Numbered from the stretch's first letter, positions 21,071-30,813 are shown. The stretch: DNA of 39,470 bases from an uncultured Gammaproteobacteria bacterium (GCA_964460145.1 CAYWPH010000002.1:1-39470), one strand, 5' to 3'. The notes: generated by a model from the letters alone, not told the origin. A program made the numbers and translations.

Positions 21071-21780
21071 TCAAATACCCTCATTTTTAAAACAAAGTAA
21101 AGGGAATTAAAAAGCTCACTACTATTGACATTGGATTTTCCGTATTTTCTAAAATTCCATGTTATTGGAACCTCACCAATATCAAATCCTTTTTTATAAA
21201 GTTTATAAAGTACTTCCGAAAGAGTTATAAAGCCTTTTGCTTTTATTTTTGTTTGTGTTAAATATTTTACTGCGTCTCTACTGTATAATCTAAAACCGCT
21301 GGTAAAATCCGAAACATGAATCCCCAACCAATATCTTAAGAATACGTTTATAACCCTACTAAGTATTGTCCTATTTTTAGCAATATTTTTTATCCTACCA
21401 CCAGGAAGATATCTTGATCCAATAATTAAGTCGTAATTTTTCTCCGACAACTTCTTAATAAATCTTGCAAATTCTTCAGGATCATGAGCTAAATCTGAAT
21501 CCATTTCAAATATATATTCTATATTTTTATTCTTCAATGCTTCCCTAAAACCCTCTATAACTGCACTACCACGTCCTGATTTTTTAAGACGTGAAATAAG
21601 AATAATTTCTTTTTTAACTTTAACCATCTTTTTTAACTTTTTATTTTCATCAAAAGAAGAGTCATCTACAATAATTATTTTTGAATCTGGTAGAAATTTG
21701 TAAATTCCTTTCATTAATATGGAAATATTTTTTACCTCGTTATATGAAGGAATAACAATTGCGATATTTTTATTTTTCAT
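21067..21780 (-). CDS. Polyprenol-phosphate sugar synthase (DPM1-like GT2)
   Basis: VIPSYNE, IVDD, GRGSAVIEGF, EMDSDLAHDP, IGSRY, DFTSGFRLY and RKYGKS motifs. Confidence 0.88.
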   Translation of the reverse strand: MKNKNIAIVIPSYNEVKNISILMKGIYKFLPDSKIIIVDDSSFDENKKLKKMVKVKKEIILISRLKKSGRGSAVIEGFREALKNKNIEYIFEMDSDLAHDPEEFARFIKKLSEKNYDLIIGSRYLPGGRIKNIAKNRTILSRVINVFLRYWLGIHVSDFTSGFRLYSRDAVKYLTQTKIKAKGFITLSEVLYKLYKKGFDIGEVPITWNFRKYGKSNVNSSELFNSLYFVLKMRVFD

Positions 21781-24343
21781 AAATTGAAATTGATACTGGT
21801 GTTTGTATTATATTTACAATAATAAAGTACATCTTGTCTGCAAATAGATTATAATATTTTAGCTCAGGAGAAAATACCCTAATTTTTTTATACCCCTCTT
21901 TATTTAATTTTCTAACTAAATCTTTTTTGGGAGATTTATTAACATAGCTCACATTATCAAAGTCATTTGTAACTACTACATATTTAGGTAGGATATCTTT
22001 AGAAGATATTACTTTATACTTATAAATAGTTTTGAAATTATTATTATATTCTTTGAAATAGTACTCTTTTAATATAATATCTGGAAGCATTTGATAAATT
22101 GGTATATTCTCTATTCCTATTTCACTTGCCTTAGGTATGTTTTCCAAAATCCACTTAGAAGAAACCTCTCTTGGATCTGGATTTAACTTTACAGATACCC
22201 AAGCGTACGATTGGAGAACTTGTAAAATAATTCCTAAAAATAATATTAAGTAGAAAGCTTTTTTATATTTTGCAAATATAAAAGTTTGACAAAATTGTTT
22301 TACAAGTAAACCAGACAATAAAACCATAAAGGGAAGTAAAACCAAAGCCCTGTTCCCTCCCCCATCTAAATTAAATGAAACTGTACTTAGGAGAAAAAGT
22401 ATGGAACTTAAGTATAAAAATAATTCAACTTTGTATTCCCTTATCTTTCCTTTTATAAATTTAGCAAAAAGAAATAATGTATAAAAAAGTAGAGACAAAT
22501 AATAAAAGGCAGTAATAGAATAACCAAACATTGACGGGAACTCTTTAAAAATAAGATAGAACCAAGAAGGATATCCAATGTTAAATGACTCGCTTACCTT
22601 TGGTCCTTGAATTATAGTTGAATTTATAAGTTCAAAATAATTTCCTTTTCCAAAAACAATATCTGGAATTCCTACAAAAATAAAAACAAGAAAAGAAACA
22701 AATATTGCCAATGAAAAATACTTATAATTTTTCTGTTTTGTAAAAATAAAATAAGATAATGCGTAGGATAAAAAGAGGGGTGCTGCTGTAAATTTAGTTG
22801 ACAAAGCCAAGCCGCATGCAATCCCGGCAAAAATAAAATGATTAATGTTTTGACTCTTATAATACTTAAATATTAAATATATTGTTGTGATGATCCAAAA
22901 AATTAATGTAACATCGTATTTGTAATAATTTGTCAGAAGTAGCCATATTGGAGTAAATGTAAATATTGCAGTAAAAACAATTGAAAAAGACTTAAAATAT
23001 TTTTTAAACAAATCATATATAATCCACACGGAAAATAATCCATAAAAAAGAGTATGGAGTCTTAAAATTTCAAATAAAGTTTGCTGCATCTGTAGATTAT
23101 CAATAGAAGATTTAATAGCAAGTGGATTTACTATGCTAAATAAATAAAATGGCACGAGAAAGACAACAGATGAAACTATATGATAAAAAGGAATATTCGC
23201 AGATCCACTAACTAATCCTGTCCCATGGTTAAAGAAGGCTCTAAGAGCTTGAGAAAAATGCCATTCATCCATTGCGTAATTAAACGGATGACTTATATTT
23301 GGAACTCCCCACTTAATAAGAAATAACATTGTAACTACATATATAAGAAGTATTAAAAAAATCCCTTTATTTCCTTTTGTTAATTTTATGAGATTTTCCA
23401 AGGATATTTTTTGAATGATTCCCAGACTCGTTCCTGTTATTACGGCAATATCTGAAGTAAATTGAAGCAACGGAAGATAAAATAACCCTGCAACTTGCTT
23501 CACATATTTAAAGTTTTTCCAGATAGACCATGCAATATATGCTGAAAGCATTAATACAATAAATATATTTATATATAAAGATTTCATAACTGCAGCTAAC
23601 ATTAAAAGATAAGCTGTAAAGGTGTATCTTAAAAAAATATAAATAACCTTATATCTGAAAATGTTTGCCTGTGCGTCTCCAAGGGCGAATCTAAAAAACA
23701 TTTTAAATGCTTGCTGTATGGTTTTTCTTGGTAACCAGTAAGCGATTGCATTTTTCTGAAAGTAAATTTTGAATCTAGATTCTTTAATTTTATTTGCAAA
23801 AGCATAGTCTTCGTTATGAGACAACTTTTCATCAAATCCTCTTATTTTTTCCCATACATTTTTTCTAAATGCCATAGATCTTGTAGCAGGGAGAAAATCT
23901 CTTGGGTTAACCTTGTCTTCCATTACTAATGCGTAAGGTATGACTGACTTTTCAAATACATTAGAATGTTTTCCCTCGTAGTATCCCGAAACAACGTCAA
24001 CTGAAGATTTTTTAAAAGGAGCTGTAATATTATTGACCCAATTCTTATCTAATAAACATCCTGCATCTGTTAAGAGAATTATTTTATTTGTTGCTTTACT
24101 TATTCCCTCATTTCTTCCAATTGATCTATTACCCTTTTTGGAAATTAACATTATTTTTAATTTTCTAGAATATTTCCTTATGTTTTTATTGATTAACTTT
24201 TCTGTATTATCCAAACTTCCACCATCAACTATAATTAACTCATCAGGAAGAACTGTTTGAGAAACGACAGATTCAATTAATTTTTCTATTGTGTTCTGCT
24301 CATTTAAAACAGTGCAGATAAGAGATGTTTTTATTCTTGTCAT
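21770..24343 (-). CDS. GT2 glycosyltransferase fused to a GT-C membrane glycosyltransferase domain
   Basis: N-terminal TVLNE, IVDGGSLD, LTDAG and NED. C-terminal multi-TM domain with NYAMDE, YYKYD, GLALSTKF and DPREVSSKWI. Confidence 0.82.
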   Translation of the reverse strand: MTRIKTSLICTVLNEQNTIEKLIESVVSQTVLPDELIIVDGGSLDNTEKLINKNIRKYSRKLKIMLISKKGNRSIGRNEGISKATNKIILLTDAGCLLDKNWVNNITAPFKKSSVDVVSGYYEGKHSNVFEKSVIPYALVMEDKVNPRDFLPATRSMAFRKNVWEKIRGFDEKLSHNEDYAFANKIKESRFKIYFQKNAIAYWLPRKTIQQAFKMFFRFALGDAQANIFRYKVIYIFLRYTFTAYLLMLAAVMKSLYINIFIVLMLSAYIAWSIWKNFKYVKQVAGLFYLPLLQFTSDIAVITGTSLGIIQKISLENLIKLTKGNKGIFLILLIYVVTMLFLIKWGVPNISHPFNYAMDEWHFSQALRAFFNHGTGLVSGSANIPFYHIVSSVVFLVPFYLFSIVNPLAIKSSIDNLQMQQTLFEILRLHTLFYGLFSVWIIYDLFKKYFKSFSIVFTAIFTFTPIWLLLTNYYKYDVTLIFWIITTIYLIFKYYKSQNINHFIFAGIACGLALSTKFTAAPLFLSYALSYFIFTKQKNYKYFSLAIFVSFLVFIFVGIPDIVFGKGNYFELINSTIIQGPKVSESFNIGYPSWFYLIFKEFPSMFGYSITAFYYLSLLFYTLFLFAKFIKGKIREYKVELFLYLSSILFLLSTVSFNLDGGGNRALVLLPFMVLLSGLLVKQFCQTFIFAKYKKAFYLILFLGIILQVLQSYAWVSVKLNPDPREVSSKWILENIPKASEIGIENIPIYQMLPDIILKEYYFKEYNNNFKTIYKYKVISSKDILPKYVVVTNDFDNVSYVNKSPKKDLVRKLNKEGYKKIRVFSPELKYYNLFADKMYFIIVNIIQTPVSISIYEK

Positions 24344-24358
24344 ACTAGATTGGTTGAA

Positions 24359-24383
24359 ATTATACCATTCTTTATTTTAGAAT
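24359..24383. promoter_or_regulatory. Divergent -10 elements
   Basis: TGGTATAAT on the minus strand (24359-24367) and TAGAAT on the plus strand (24378-24383), in a 52-nt intergenic gap. Confidence 0.55.
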
Positions 24384-24395
24384 ACATTAAATTAA

Positions 24396-26252
24396 ATGAA
24401 CTTATTTTATTTGTTAACTGAAAACGTTTTTCAGAAAATAACATATTTAAAGCAGGACTTTCTAGGTTTATCCATAGACTATTTAGTTTTTATTGATTTT
24501 ATTACCAACATAGTCTTTGCTTTAATTTTAATCTTTGTCTCTTTTTCATTAGGTAAGAAGGTTTTAACTTATTTTACAAAAACAGTAAATGATTATGAAT
24601 TCGGTTATCTAATATATACAGCTTTGGGATATATAATTATAGGAAGTATAATTGGCTTATTAGGCTTATTTTCATTACTTAATCCTCTAGTAATTTTTGT
24701 TTCAATAACAATAATTCTTTTAACTGCATTTACCTTTCCTTTATCAATTACTCAGAACTTAGGCTATTTTTATCGAGGAGTAAAAAAAACACTTCTTCAC
24801 CTTAAAACAAATAAGCTGGTTTTTATAGGTATTATTTTATTCGTTGTCTTAGCTTTTATAAATCTAATAAACCCTGAGATTAGAGAAGATCAATACCATG
24901 TTGACCTTCCAAGGATCTATTTACAAAATCAAACTATTATGATACCGCCAAAAGAAGAGCTACATGTTTCTGGGAGCCCGCTTCTTTCTGAGATGTATTA
25001 TACAGTTGGAATATTTCTATCTTCCAAGGAATCAGCGAGATTTATTCATTTTGCATTTTATATTTTAGTCTTATTATCTTTAATTGAGTTTTCAAAAGTT
25101 AAAAATTATAAATTTGCTATCTATACCCCCCTTCTGTTAGCAAGTGCTCCAGAAGTAATACATGAAACTTCATCGATGTATGTTGATTTTCAGTGGATGT
25201 TATCTTTTTTATTATCAATCTTAATTCTAATACAAGCTAAGAAAATAACATTTCCCATACTTGCAATCTCCGGATTTTTACTTGGAGGAATGCTTGCAAC
25301 AAAATTATGGACAATTGTATTTATTCCTGTTGCCATTACTTACTTATTTATTATTCTTAAAAACGAAACAATAGGTAAAAAAATACTAAATTTATTAAAC
25401 TTTGTTTTTTTTATATTAATAGCTCCCCTTTTATGGTTTTTAAGGTCGTTTATTTTAACGGGAAATCCCCTCTATCCAGCTTTTACTAACCAAACTTTAT
25501 TAGATTCTACTAAATGGAATTTACCGTTATCTCATTATGTTGGAATTAATTATGCAATTTTTGACCCAAGTTACTATCTAAATGTATTTAGCCCTCTTTT
25601 TTTCCTTGGAATTATCTTAGTTGTATATAGGTTTAGAGATAATTTTAGTCTAATAAAAAAACTTTCTATATTTAAATATCTATTAATACTTTTAATAGTT
25701 TACTTATTTATAATTTATCCTTATGGAAGATATCTTTTGGGCCTATACGTTTTATTCATCTTTTTAGCAGCTTTTGGTATATATAACTTCCTATTTAAGC
25801 TTAAACTGTTTAAATATTTAATATATGTAGTTGTTTTAGCTATTTTTTCCTATTATTTAATAAACTCAATGCTGGTTTTGCCCTATTCACTGGGCATGGC
25901 AAATAAAAATAATTATTTATCAAGAATTTTAATTAGAGATAACTCAAGCTACTACGATTTTGGAAATAAGTTTAATAAATATATTTCAGACAATGATTTA
26001 GTTGCAATGTATAACTTCCACGGATATTACTATGCAGATTTTAAATATATTGATGTTAATTATATTTTTGATAATAAGAATAGAGATTTTAAATTATTAA
26101 AAGAAAAAGGAGTCACTAAAATATTAATAAGAGGAGGGGATATTAGGTGGTTTTGCGAAAAAATAAAGATTAATAACTGTAAGTCTGGCAATTACTCGCC
26201 TATTTCAAGCTACTTAGAATATCCTTATTATTATCTATATAATATAAAGTAA
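24396..26252 (+). CDS. GT-C fold membrane glycosyltransferase, paralogue of 12771-14372
   Basis: PEIREDQYHVDLPRIY, YVD, MLATK, TGNPLYPAF, RYLL and YNFHGYYYADF align by eye with the 533-aa protein. Confidence 0.72.
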   Translation: MNLFYLLTENVFQKITYLKQDFLGLSIDYLVFIDFITNIVFALILIFVSFSLGKKVLTYFTKTVNDYEFGYLIYTALGYIIIGSIIGLLGLFSLLNPLVIFVSITIILLTAFTFPLSITQNLGYFYRGVKKTLLHLKTNKLVFIGIILFVVLAFINLINPEIREDQYHVDLPRIYLQNQTIMIPPKEELHVSGSPLLSEMYYTVGIFLSSKESARFIHFAFYILVLLSLIEFSKVKNYKFAIYTPLLLASAPEVIHETSSMYVDFQWMLSFLLSILILIQAKKITFPILAISGFLLGGMLATKLWTIVFIPVAITYLFIILKNETIGKKILNLLNFVFFILIAPLLWFLRSFILTGNPLYPAFTNQTLLDSTKWNLPLSHYVGINYAIFDPSYYLNVFSPLFFLGIILVVYRFRDNFSLIKKLSIFKYLLILLIVYLFIIYPYGRYLLGLYVLFIFLAAFGIYNFLFKLKLFKYLIYVVVLAIFSYYLINSMLVLPYSLGMANKNNYLSRILIRDNSSYYDFGNKFNKYISDNDLVAMYNFHGYYYADFKYIDVNYIFDNKNRDFKLLKEKGVTKILIRGGDIRWFCEKIKINNCKSGNYSPISSYLEYPYYYLYNIK

Positions 26253-26253
26253 T

Positions 26254-28011
26254 ATGCTTGATCCTTATAGAATGGTTTTTGTAAATTTAATAGGCTTATT
26301 ATTAATTTTGCTTGGTACATTATTTTATAGATATATTTACCCCAAGAAAAAGATAAATTTATTTTATCTATTAATTTCTTTTACCATTATTGCTTCAATA
26401 AGTATCTTAAGAAAAGGTACTTATGAAAGCGGAGACTTCAATATTCATATTTACAGATCAATGGAATTTTATAGATCACTTATAGAAGGAAGTATTATGC
26501 CATCATGGGCAGGAAACTTAAATGCAACTTATGGCTACCCACTTTTCATATTTAACTACACACTCCCTTATTACTTTATCTCACTATTGCATTTTTTAGG
26601 ACTTAGTTTCATCAACTCCTTAAAAGTTTTTCTGTTTTCAAATATGATCTTAAGTGGAATTTTTATGTATATATTTATACAAAATAAATTAAAAAAAGAT
26701 CTTGTATCTTTCGTATCAAGTATTTTTTATGTTTTTACACCATACCATTTAATATCTGTTCATTTTAAAATTACAATCGGTGAAGTACTTGCTTATACAA
26801 TTATTCCGCTTTGTTTTCTATTTATAGATAGGTTTACTCAAAAAAATAAAATACCCTTTCTTATATTATCGGGATTAATGTTGGGGCTTATTGCAATTAG
26901 CCATATTTTCATTGCAATAGTACTTATACCAATTATCATGTTGTATCTTTTGACAACATTAAAAAATTGGTTAACAGCAATAAAATATTCTACTTATATA
27001 TTCATAATTGGAATGGTAATATCTTTGTATCAGTGGCTGCCCCCGTTTTTATATAAAAATCATCTATTTATAGCTTACAACCTAATAGATTTTAGTAAAT
27101 TATATTTTCCCAATATTTCTGATCTTCTTTTTTCTCCTTGGAGATTTGGCTTACTTTTTCAAGGACCAAGGGGTGAAGTATCAAACTTAATTGGATATGC
27201 ACAAATCTTAGTAATCGTATCCATTATCTATTTGTTATTAAAGAAAAAAATAATTCTAAAACATAAAAACGAGATTTTATTCTGGCTTCTGATATTAGCT
27301 GCAACAATATTTATGATTCTTCCCCAATCCATTCCTATCTGGAAATATTTACCAATGATCAATGCGGCAGGATCACATAGGCTTTTGCTTATTGTAGGAT
27401 TTATTGTTGCTTTACTTGCAGGCTACTTAGTATTACAAATTAAAAACAAATTAATCATCTTTTCATTAATAGGACTTTTATTTTTTTCAACTATTTTAAA
27501 TTGGGGACAAAGAAGAGTTATTCCAGAAATAGGAGATATTAATTTACAAAAAAATTTGCCATACAGTACATATCAAGGAGAGCATCATTATTATGCAATA
27601 ACAAGATATGTTAACCCACGTAATCCATGGTTTTCTAAAATACCTCCAGCAAATATTGAGCTACTAAATGGACAAGCAGACATCAAACATATTGATAGAT
27701 CTTCTACAAACCATCTATATCAAGTAAATGCAATTACAAAAAATATAGTAAGAGAGAATACTTTATATTTTCCCGGCTGGAATGCATATGCTAATGAAAA
27801 CAGTTTAAAAATTTTCCCCGATAAAAAAGGAATAATAAATATTAATTTACCTAAGGGTGATTATATACTAACATTAAAATATGAAGATTTATTCTTATAT
27901 AAATTATCTAAATTTATAAGTTTAATTAGTTTTGTGTCTGTGATTTTATACTTAATATTTAAATTTTATAAAAAAACTAAACTATTTTCCAAAGCTTCAG
28001 GTAAATTTTAA
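26254..28011 (+). CDS. GT-C-like membrane protein (YfhO / 'PTPS-related membrane domain' type)
   Basis: SGDFNIHIYR, PSWAGNLNATYGYPLFIFNY, FTPYH-GE and a C-terminal YFPGW followed by a terminal TM helix. Confidence 0.72.
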   Translation: MLDPYRMVFVNLIGLLLILLGTLFYRYIYPKKKINLFYLLISFTIIASISILRKGTYESGDFNIHIYRSMEFYRSLIEGSIMPSWAGNLNATYGYPLFIFNYTLPYYFISLLHFLGLSFINSLKVFLFSNMILSGIFMYIFIQNKLKKDLVSFVSSIFYVFTPYHLISVHFKITIGEVLAYTIIPLCFLFIDRFTQKNKIPFLILSGLMLGLIAISHIFIAIVLIPIIMLYLLTTLKNWLTAIKYSTYIFIIGMVISLYQWLPPFLYKNHLFIAYNLIDFSKLYFPNISDLLFSPWRFGLLFQGPRGEVSNLIGYAQILVIVSIIYLLLKKKIILKHKNEILFWLLILAATIFMILPQSIPIWKYLPMINAAGSHRLLLIVGFIVALLAGYLVLQIKNKLIIFSLIGLLFFSTILNWGQRRVIPEIGDINLQKNLPYSTYQGEHHYYAITRYVNPRNPWFSKIPPANIELLNGQADIKHIDRSSTNHLYQVNAITKNIVRENTLYFPGWNAYANENSLKIFPDKKGIININLPKGDYILTLKYEDLFLYKLSKFISLISFVSVILYLIFKFYKKTKLFSKASGKF

Positions 28012-29053
28012 CCATATTTTCCCATGTTTTATCTTTTACCCATTCATAACCACCTTCTGTATCTATATTGAGCTCACTATTTAAATATTTCTCAATTTCA
28101 GCGGCAATTTCTTCACCTATCTTACTTATTGAGATAAATTTTGCAAAAGGAGACATATATAAATAGTCTTTCTTGATTTCGTTATTATATTGAGCAAACA
28201 CAGGAACTCTTAGTGCTAGTGCTTCTAGTATTCCAAGATACCTTGAAACAAAAATAATTTTATATTTAGGCATGTAATCTGTCACATTTGATATAAACCC
28301 CATAAACTTAACTTGCAGTTTATTTTTTGAGACATAGTCCACGGCTTTTTGTATTAGCTGTCCATCTCCATAAACATCAGCCTTTAAATGGATACCTTTA
28401 TCTTTAAGGACATTAATTGCTTTTAAATACTCTAGGATACCTGTTTCTTTCTCTAATCTTCCTGCAAAAATAATGTCTTTACTATTTTTGTTCGTTTTTA
28501 AGTTTGGTTTAAGTAATTTTAGATCTACGGCGCCATATGAAACAAATGTTGGTTTTGTTCCATACCACTTTTCTAAAACATCGCCTATGCAGATATTTCC
28601 ATTTGAAAGAACTTCTGCAAGTTTATGCATAAAAATTGCCCTTTTATTTGGAATTTTGTTACCTTCATAGCCATGAAATGTCGTATATATCTTCTTGAAT
28701 GGGAAAATAAACCTAAAAGGCAGGTACCAAAAAAAAACATCGTGGCAATGAATTATATTGCTCTCAGAGATTACCTTTATATATTTAAACAATTGAGACC
28801 ACACTCTAAACTTCTTAAACCAATCATCCTTACCTACGTCTATTCGTATTATTTTCGTGTTAAGTACTTTTTCTGCATATTTAGCACTTCCCACCTTCAA
28901 GTGATAATTATTACTATAAGACTTAAGATCGTTTTCAGCTATAACCGTTATCGCATGCTCCTTACTTACCAAAATTTCACTAATTTTCTCAATATGTTTC
29001 TCTACACCACCAATATTTGGATAACAAGATCGTGTTAAAAATAAGATCTTCAT
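27977..29053 (-). CDS. GT4 (GT-B fold) glycosyltransferase
   Basis: YPNIGGVEKH, IHCHD, TTFHG, FAGRLEKETG, YGDG and GILEAL motifs. Confidence 0.88.
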   Translation of the reverse strand: MKILFLTRSCYPNIGGVEKHIEKISEILVSKEHAITVIAENDLKSYSNNYHLKVGSAKYAEKVLNTKIIRIDVGKDDWFKKFRVWSQLFKYIKVISESNIIHCHDVFFWYLPFRFIFPFKKIYTTFHGYEGNKIPNKRAIFMHKLAEVLSNGNICIGDVLEKWYGTKPTFVSYGAVDLKLLKPNLKTNKNSKDIIFAGRLEKETGILEYLKAINVLKDKGIHLKADVYGDGQLIQKAVDYVSKNKLQVKFMGFISNVTDYMPKYKIIFVSRYLGILEALALRVPVFAQYNNEIKKDYLYMSPFAKFISISKIGEEIAAEIEKYLNSELNIDTEGGYEWVKDKTWENMVKIYLKLWKIV

Positions 29054-29063
29054 TTATGTTGTA

Positions 29064-29072
29064 ATTATATCA
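29064..29072 (-). promoter_or_regulatory. Extended -10 promoter of the GT4 gene
   Basis: TGATATAAT lies 10 nt upstream of the ATG at 29053. Confidence 0.55.
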
Positions 29073-29111
29073 TTTGTCTTATTTTGACTTAAGTACCGCA
29101 AGTTCTAGAAA

Positions 29112-29191
29112 CGATCGCAACCCCTAAGAGCAATTAAGATGTTCATTAAATACTTCCTGAGCTATTTTGTATTGTAGTATTTTTCTAGGTC
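29112..29191 (-). mobile_element. IS30-family transposase 3' remnant
   Basis: Minus strand reads RPRKILQYKIAQEVFNEHLNCS*, resembling the IS30 C-terminal NxRPRKxLxYxTPxEVF motif. It is cut off exactly at an IS3-type end. Confidence 0.55.
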
Positions 29192-29320
29192 TGTTAAGTA
29201 TCCAATTCTTTAGATAGTTATTCTCACTTTTTCTAAAAGATTTTCGTATTGTTGTTTAAAGATAACCGGCGCCATTTTTAAACTGCTATGTATCCGCTTG
29301 TTGTTGTAATAGTAAATCAT
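29192..29320 (-). mobile_element. IS3-family transposase 3' remnant with right terminal repeat (copy 1)
   Basis: Minus strand reads IYYYNNKRIHSSLKMAPVIFKQQY, then ends in ...AAAGAATTGGATACTTAACA. Confidence 0.75.
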
Positions 29321-29538
29321 CTCCCTGGGGAGAATGGTTACCGGGAATCCTTCTACTCAGGTTTTAAACTGGATTTAGGATCAACCAACCATTACCGGGA
29401 TTTAGGGGAACTAATTGAGATAGTAGCAAAAATCATTTACTACTACAATAACCAGAGGATTCATGCCAAGCTCAAAACTGCACCGATTAAGTTTCGTTTT
29501 GACAGAGAATATTTGTTCAAAGAATTGGGTACTTGACA
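29321..29538 (+). mobile_element. IS3-family transposase 3' remnant with right terminal repeat (copy 2)
   Basis: SPW(+1 G)ENGYRESFYSGFKLDL...IYYYNNQRIHAKLKTAP is an integrase-core tail, ending in ...AAAGAATTGGGTACTTGACA. Confidence 0.8.
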
Positions 29539-29689
29539 CCCAACGCACCAATCGGCTAAGCACACGAACACCCTGTGTGTGTTAGTAGTAAGAATTGACG
29601 ATTTTATCTCGAGCAGGGGACCACTTACTCTGCTTAACGAAACGCCCTCTACGATTCCGCAATAGATGCAATGAGTTCACTCTACGAAA

Positions 29690-30595
29690 CTATCCCTTTA
29701 CACAAAGTAAATACCTATAATCGTGAACTGCTGATTTCATAGGCAAGGATAATGATTTAACATTTATCGTTTTTATTGTTTTTTTATGTTCGTTAATGTC
29801 ATATAGGTAAAACTTATGCTTTGTCAGTAACTTGGCATATTCCTGAGCAGAGCTTCCACTTAAATACAGTCCGCGAGGCCAAAATTCAGTCAAGATTTTC
29901 AGATTGTCATTCTCTTTAATGATCCTTTGACTACCCTTCAAAGCACGTACTTCTGCCCCTTGAATATCCATTTTTATCAGATCAATCCTTTTGTTTTTAT
30001 TCTTAAAAAACTTATCGAGCGTAATTACCTCAATGTTGACAGATTTTCTTTGATCGCCTGACTGATATATTCGGTGATCGCCCGTATTTTCAGCATTCAG
30101 AAATAATCTCATTTCACCATCAGTATCAGCAACGGCCTTGTTTACTAAAATGACGTTTTTATATCCATTCTCTTCAACGTTCATTTTAAGAAGGTGAAAA
30201 TTTTTTGGATCCGGCTCAAAAGCATACACTCTTCCCCTATCCCCGACTATTCGTGCCGCAATGAGGGTGTAGTATCCAATGTGCGCGCCAATATCTATGA
30301 CAACGTCGCCCTTTTTTATGCTCTTTTTAAATAACTCTGTCTCATACTCTTCCCATTTGCCGCTCAATAACAATTCCTGTGATACTGTCGTATCCCATTT
30401 ATCTATATAAAATTTGTGATTCTCTATCGTAAGACAATTCGGCTTGAGCATGTTTACGATAGGACTAAGAATGGCTCTCCCTTTGGGCAGTTTATAAAGC
30501 CTGTGTATGATAGACCAATACAACCCTTTTGTTGCAATATCTTCTTTATAAATTTTTATGTTATTTGAGATCTTGCGGGAAATGGCATTGAGCAT
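29690..30595 (-). CDS. FkbM-family SAM-dependent methyltransferase
   Basis: VIDIGAHIGYYT, VYAFEPDP, TLD and IKMDIQGAE motifs. Start placed at ATG 30595 because TATACT lies at 30607-30612. Confidence 0.9.
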   Translation of the reverse strand: MLNAISRKISNNIKIYKEDIATKGLYWSIIHRLYKLPKGRAILSPIVNMLKPNCLTIENHKFYIDKWDTTVSQELLLSGKWEEYETELFKKSIKKGDVVIDIGAHIGYYTLIAARIVGDRGRVYAFEPDPKNFHLLKMNVEENGYKNVILVNKAVADTDGEMRLFLNAENTGDHRIYQSGDQRKSVNIEVITLDKFFKNKNKRIDLIKMDIQGAEVRALKGSQRIIKENDNLKILTEFWPRGLYLSGSSAQEYAKLLTKHKFYLYDINEHKKTIKTINVKSLSLPMKSAVHDYRYLLCVKG

Positions 30596-30813
30596 AAGTG
30601 AATACAAGTATAGCGTAATTTTATTATGGATGCATGATATATTTCGATAGGTTTACGGAAGTATTCCTGCCTCCTTAGCTTAGTGACAAAACAATGGTAT
30701 CATAAACCGCGAACGACAATTCGATTCTATCAAGAGGCTCAGTCCACAAAGACGGACAACTACCTACCTTGGCGCTTGACAAGTGTACATATTTAAGTAT
30801 ATGAATAATTCAG

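Noticed and set aside
29288-29536. 82-aa ORF as a functional gene
   Set aside because: It is a chimera of the antisense of one IS3 remnant and the frameshifted tail of another.
29539-29689. Short hairpins and the repeated CTCTACGA (29647, 29680) as an ncRNA or CRISPR remnant
   Set aside because: Only two 8-nt copies and weak stems, with no array periodicity or recognisable family.
30741-30750. AGTCCACAAA matching the tRNA-Val 3' end as an att site
   Set aside because: It is only 10 nt and is inverted relative to the tRNA, whereas att scars are direct repeats.
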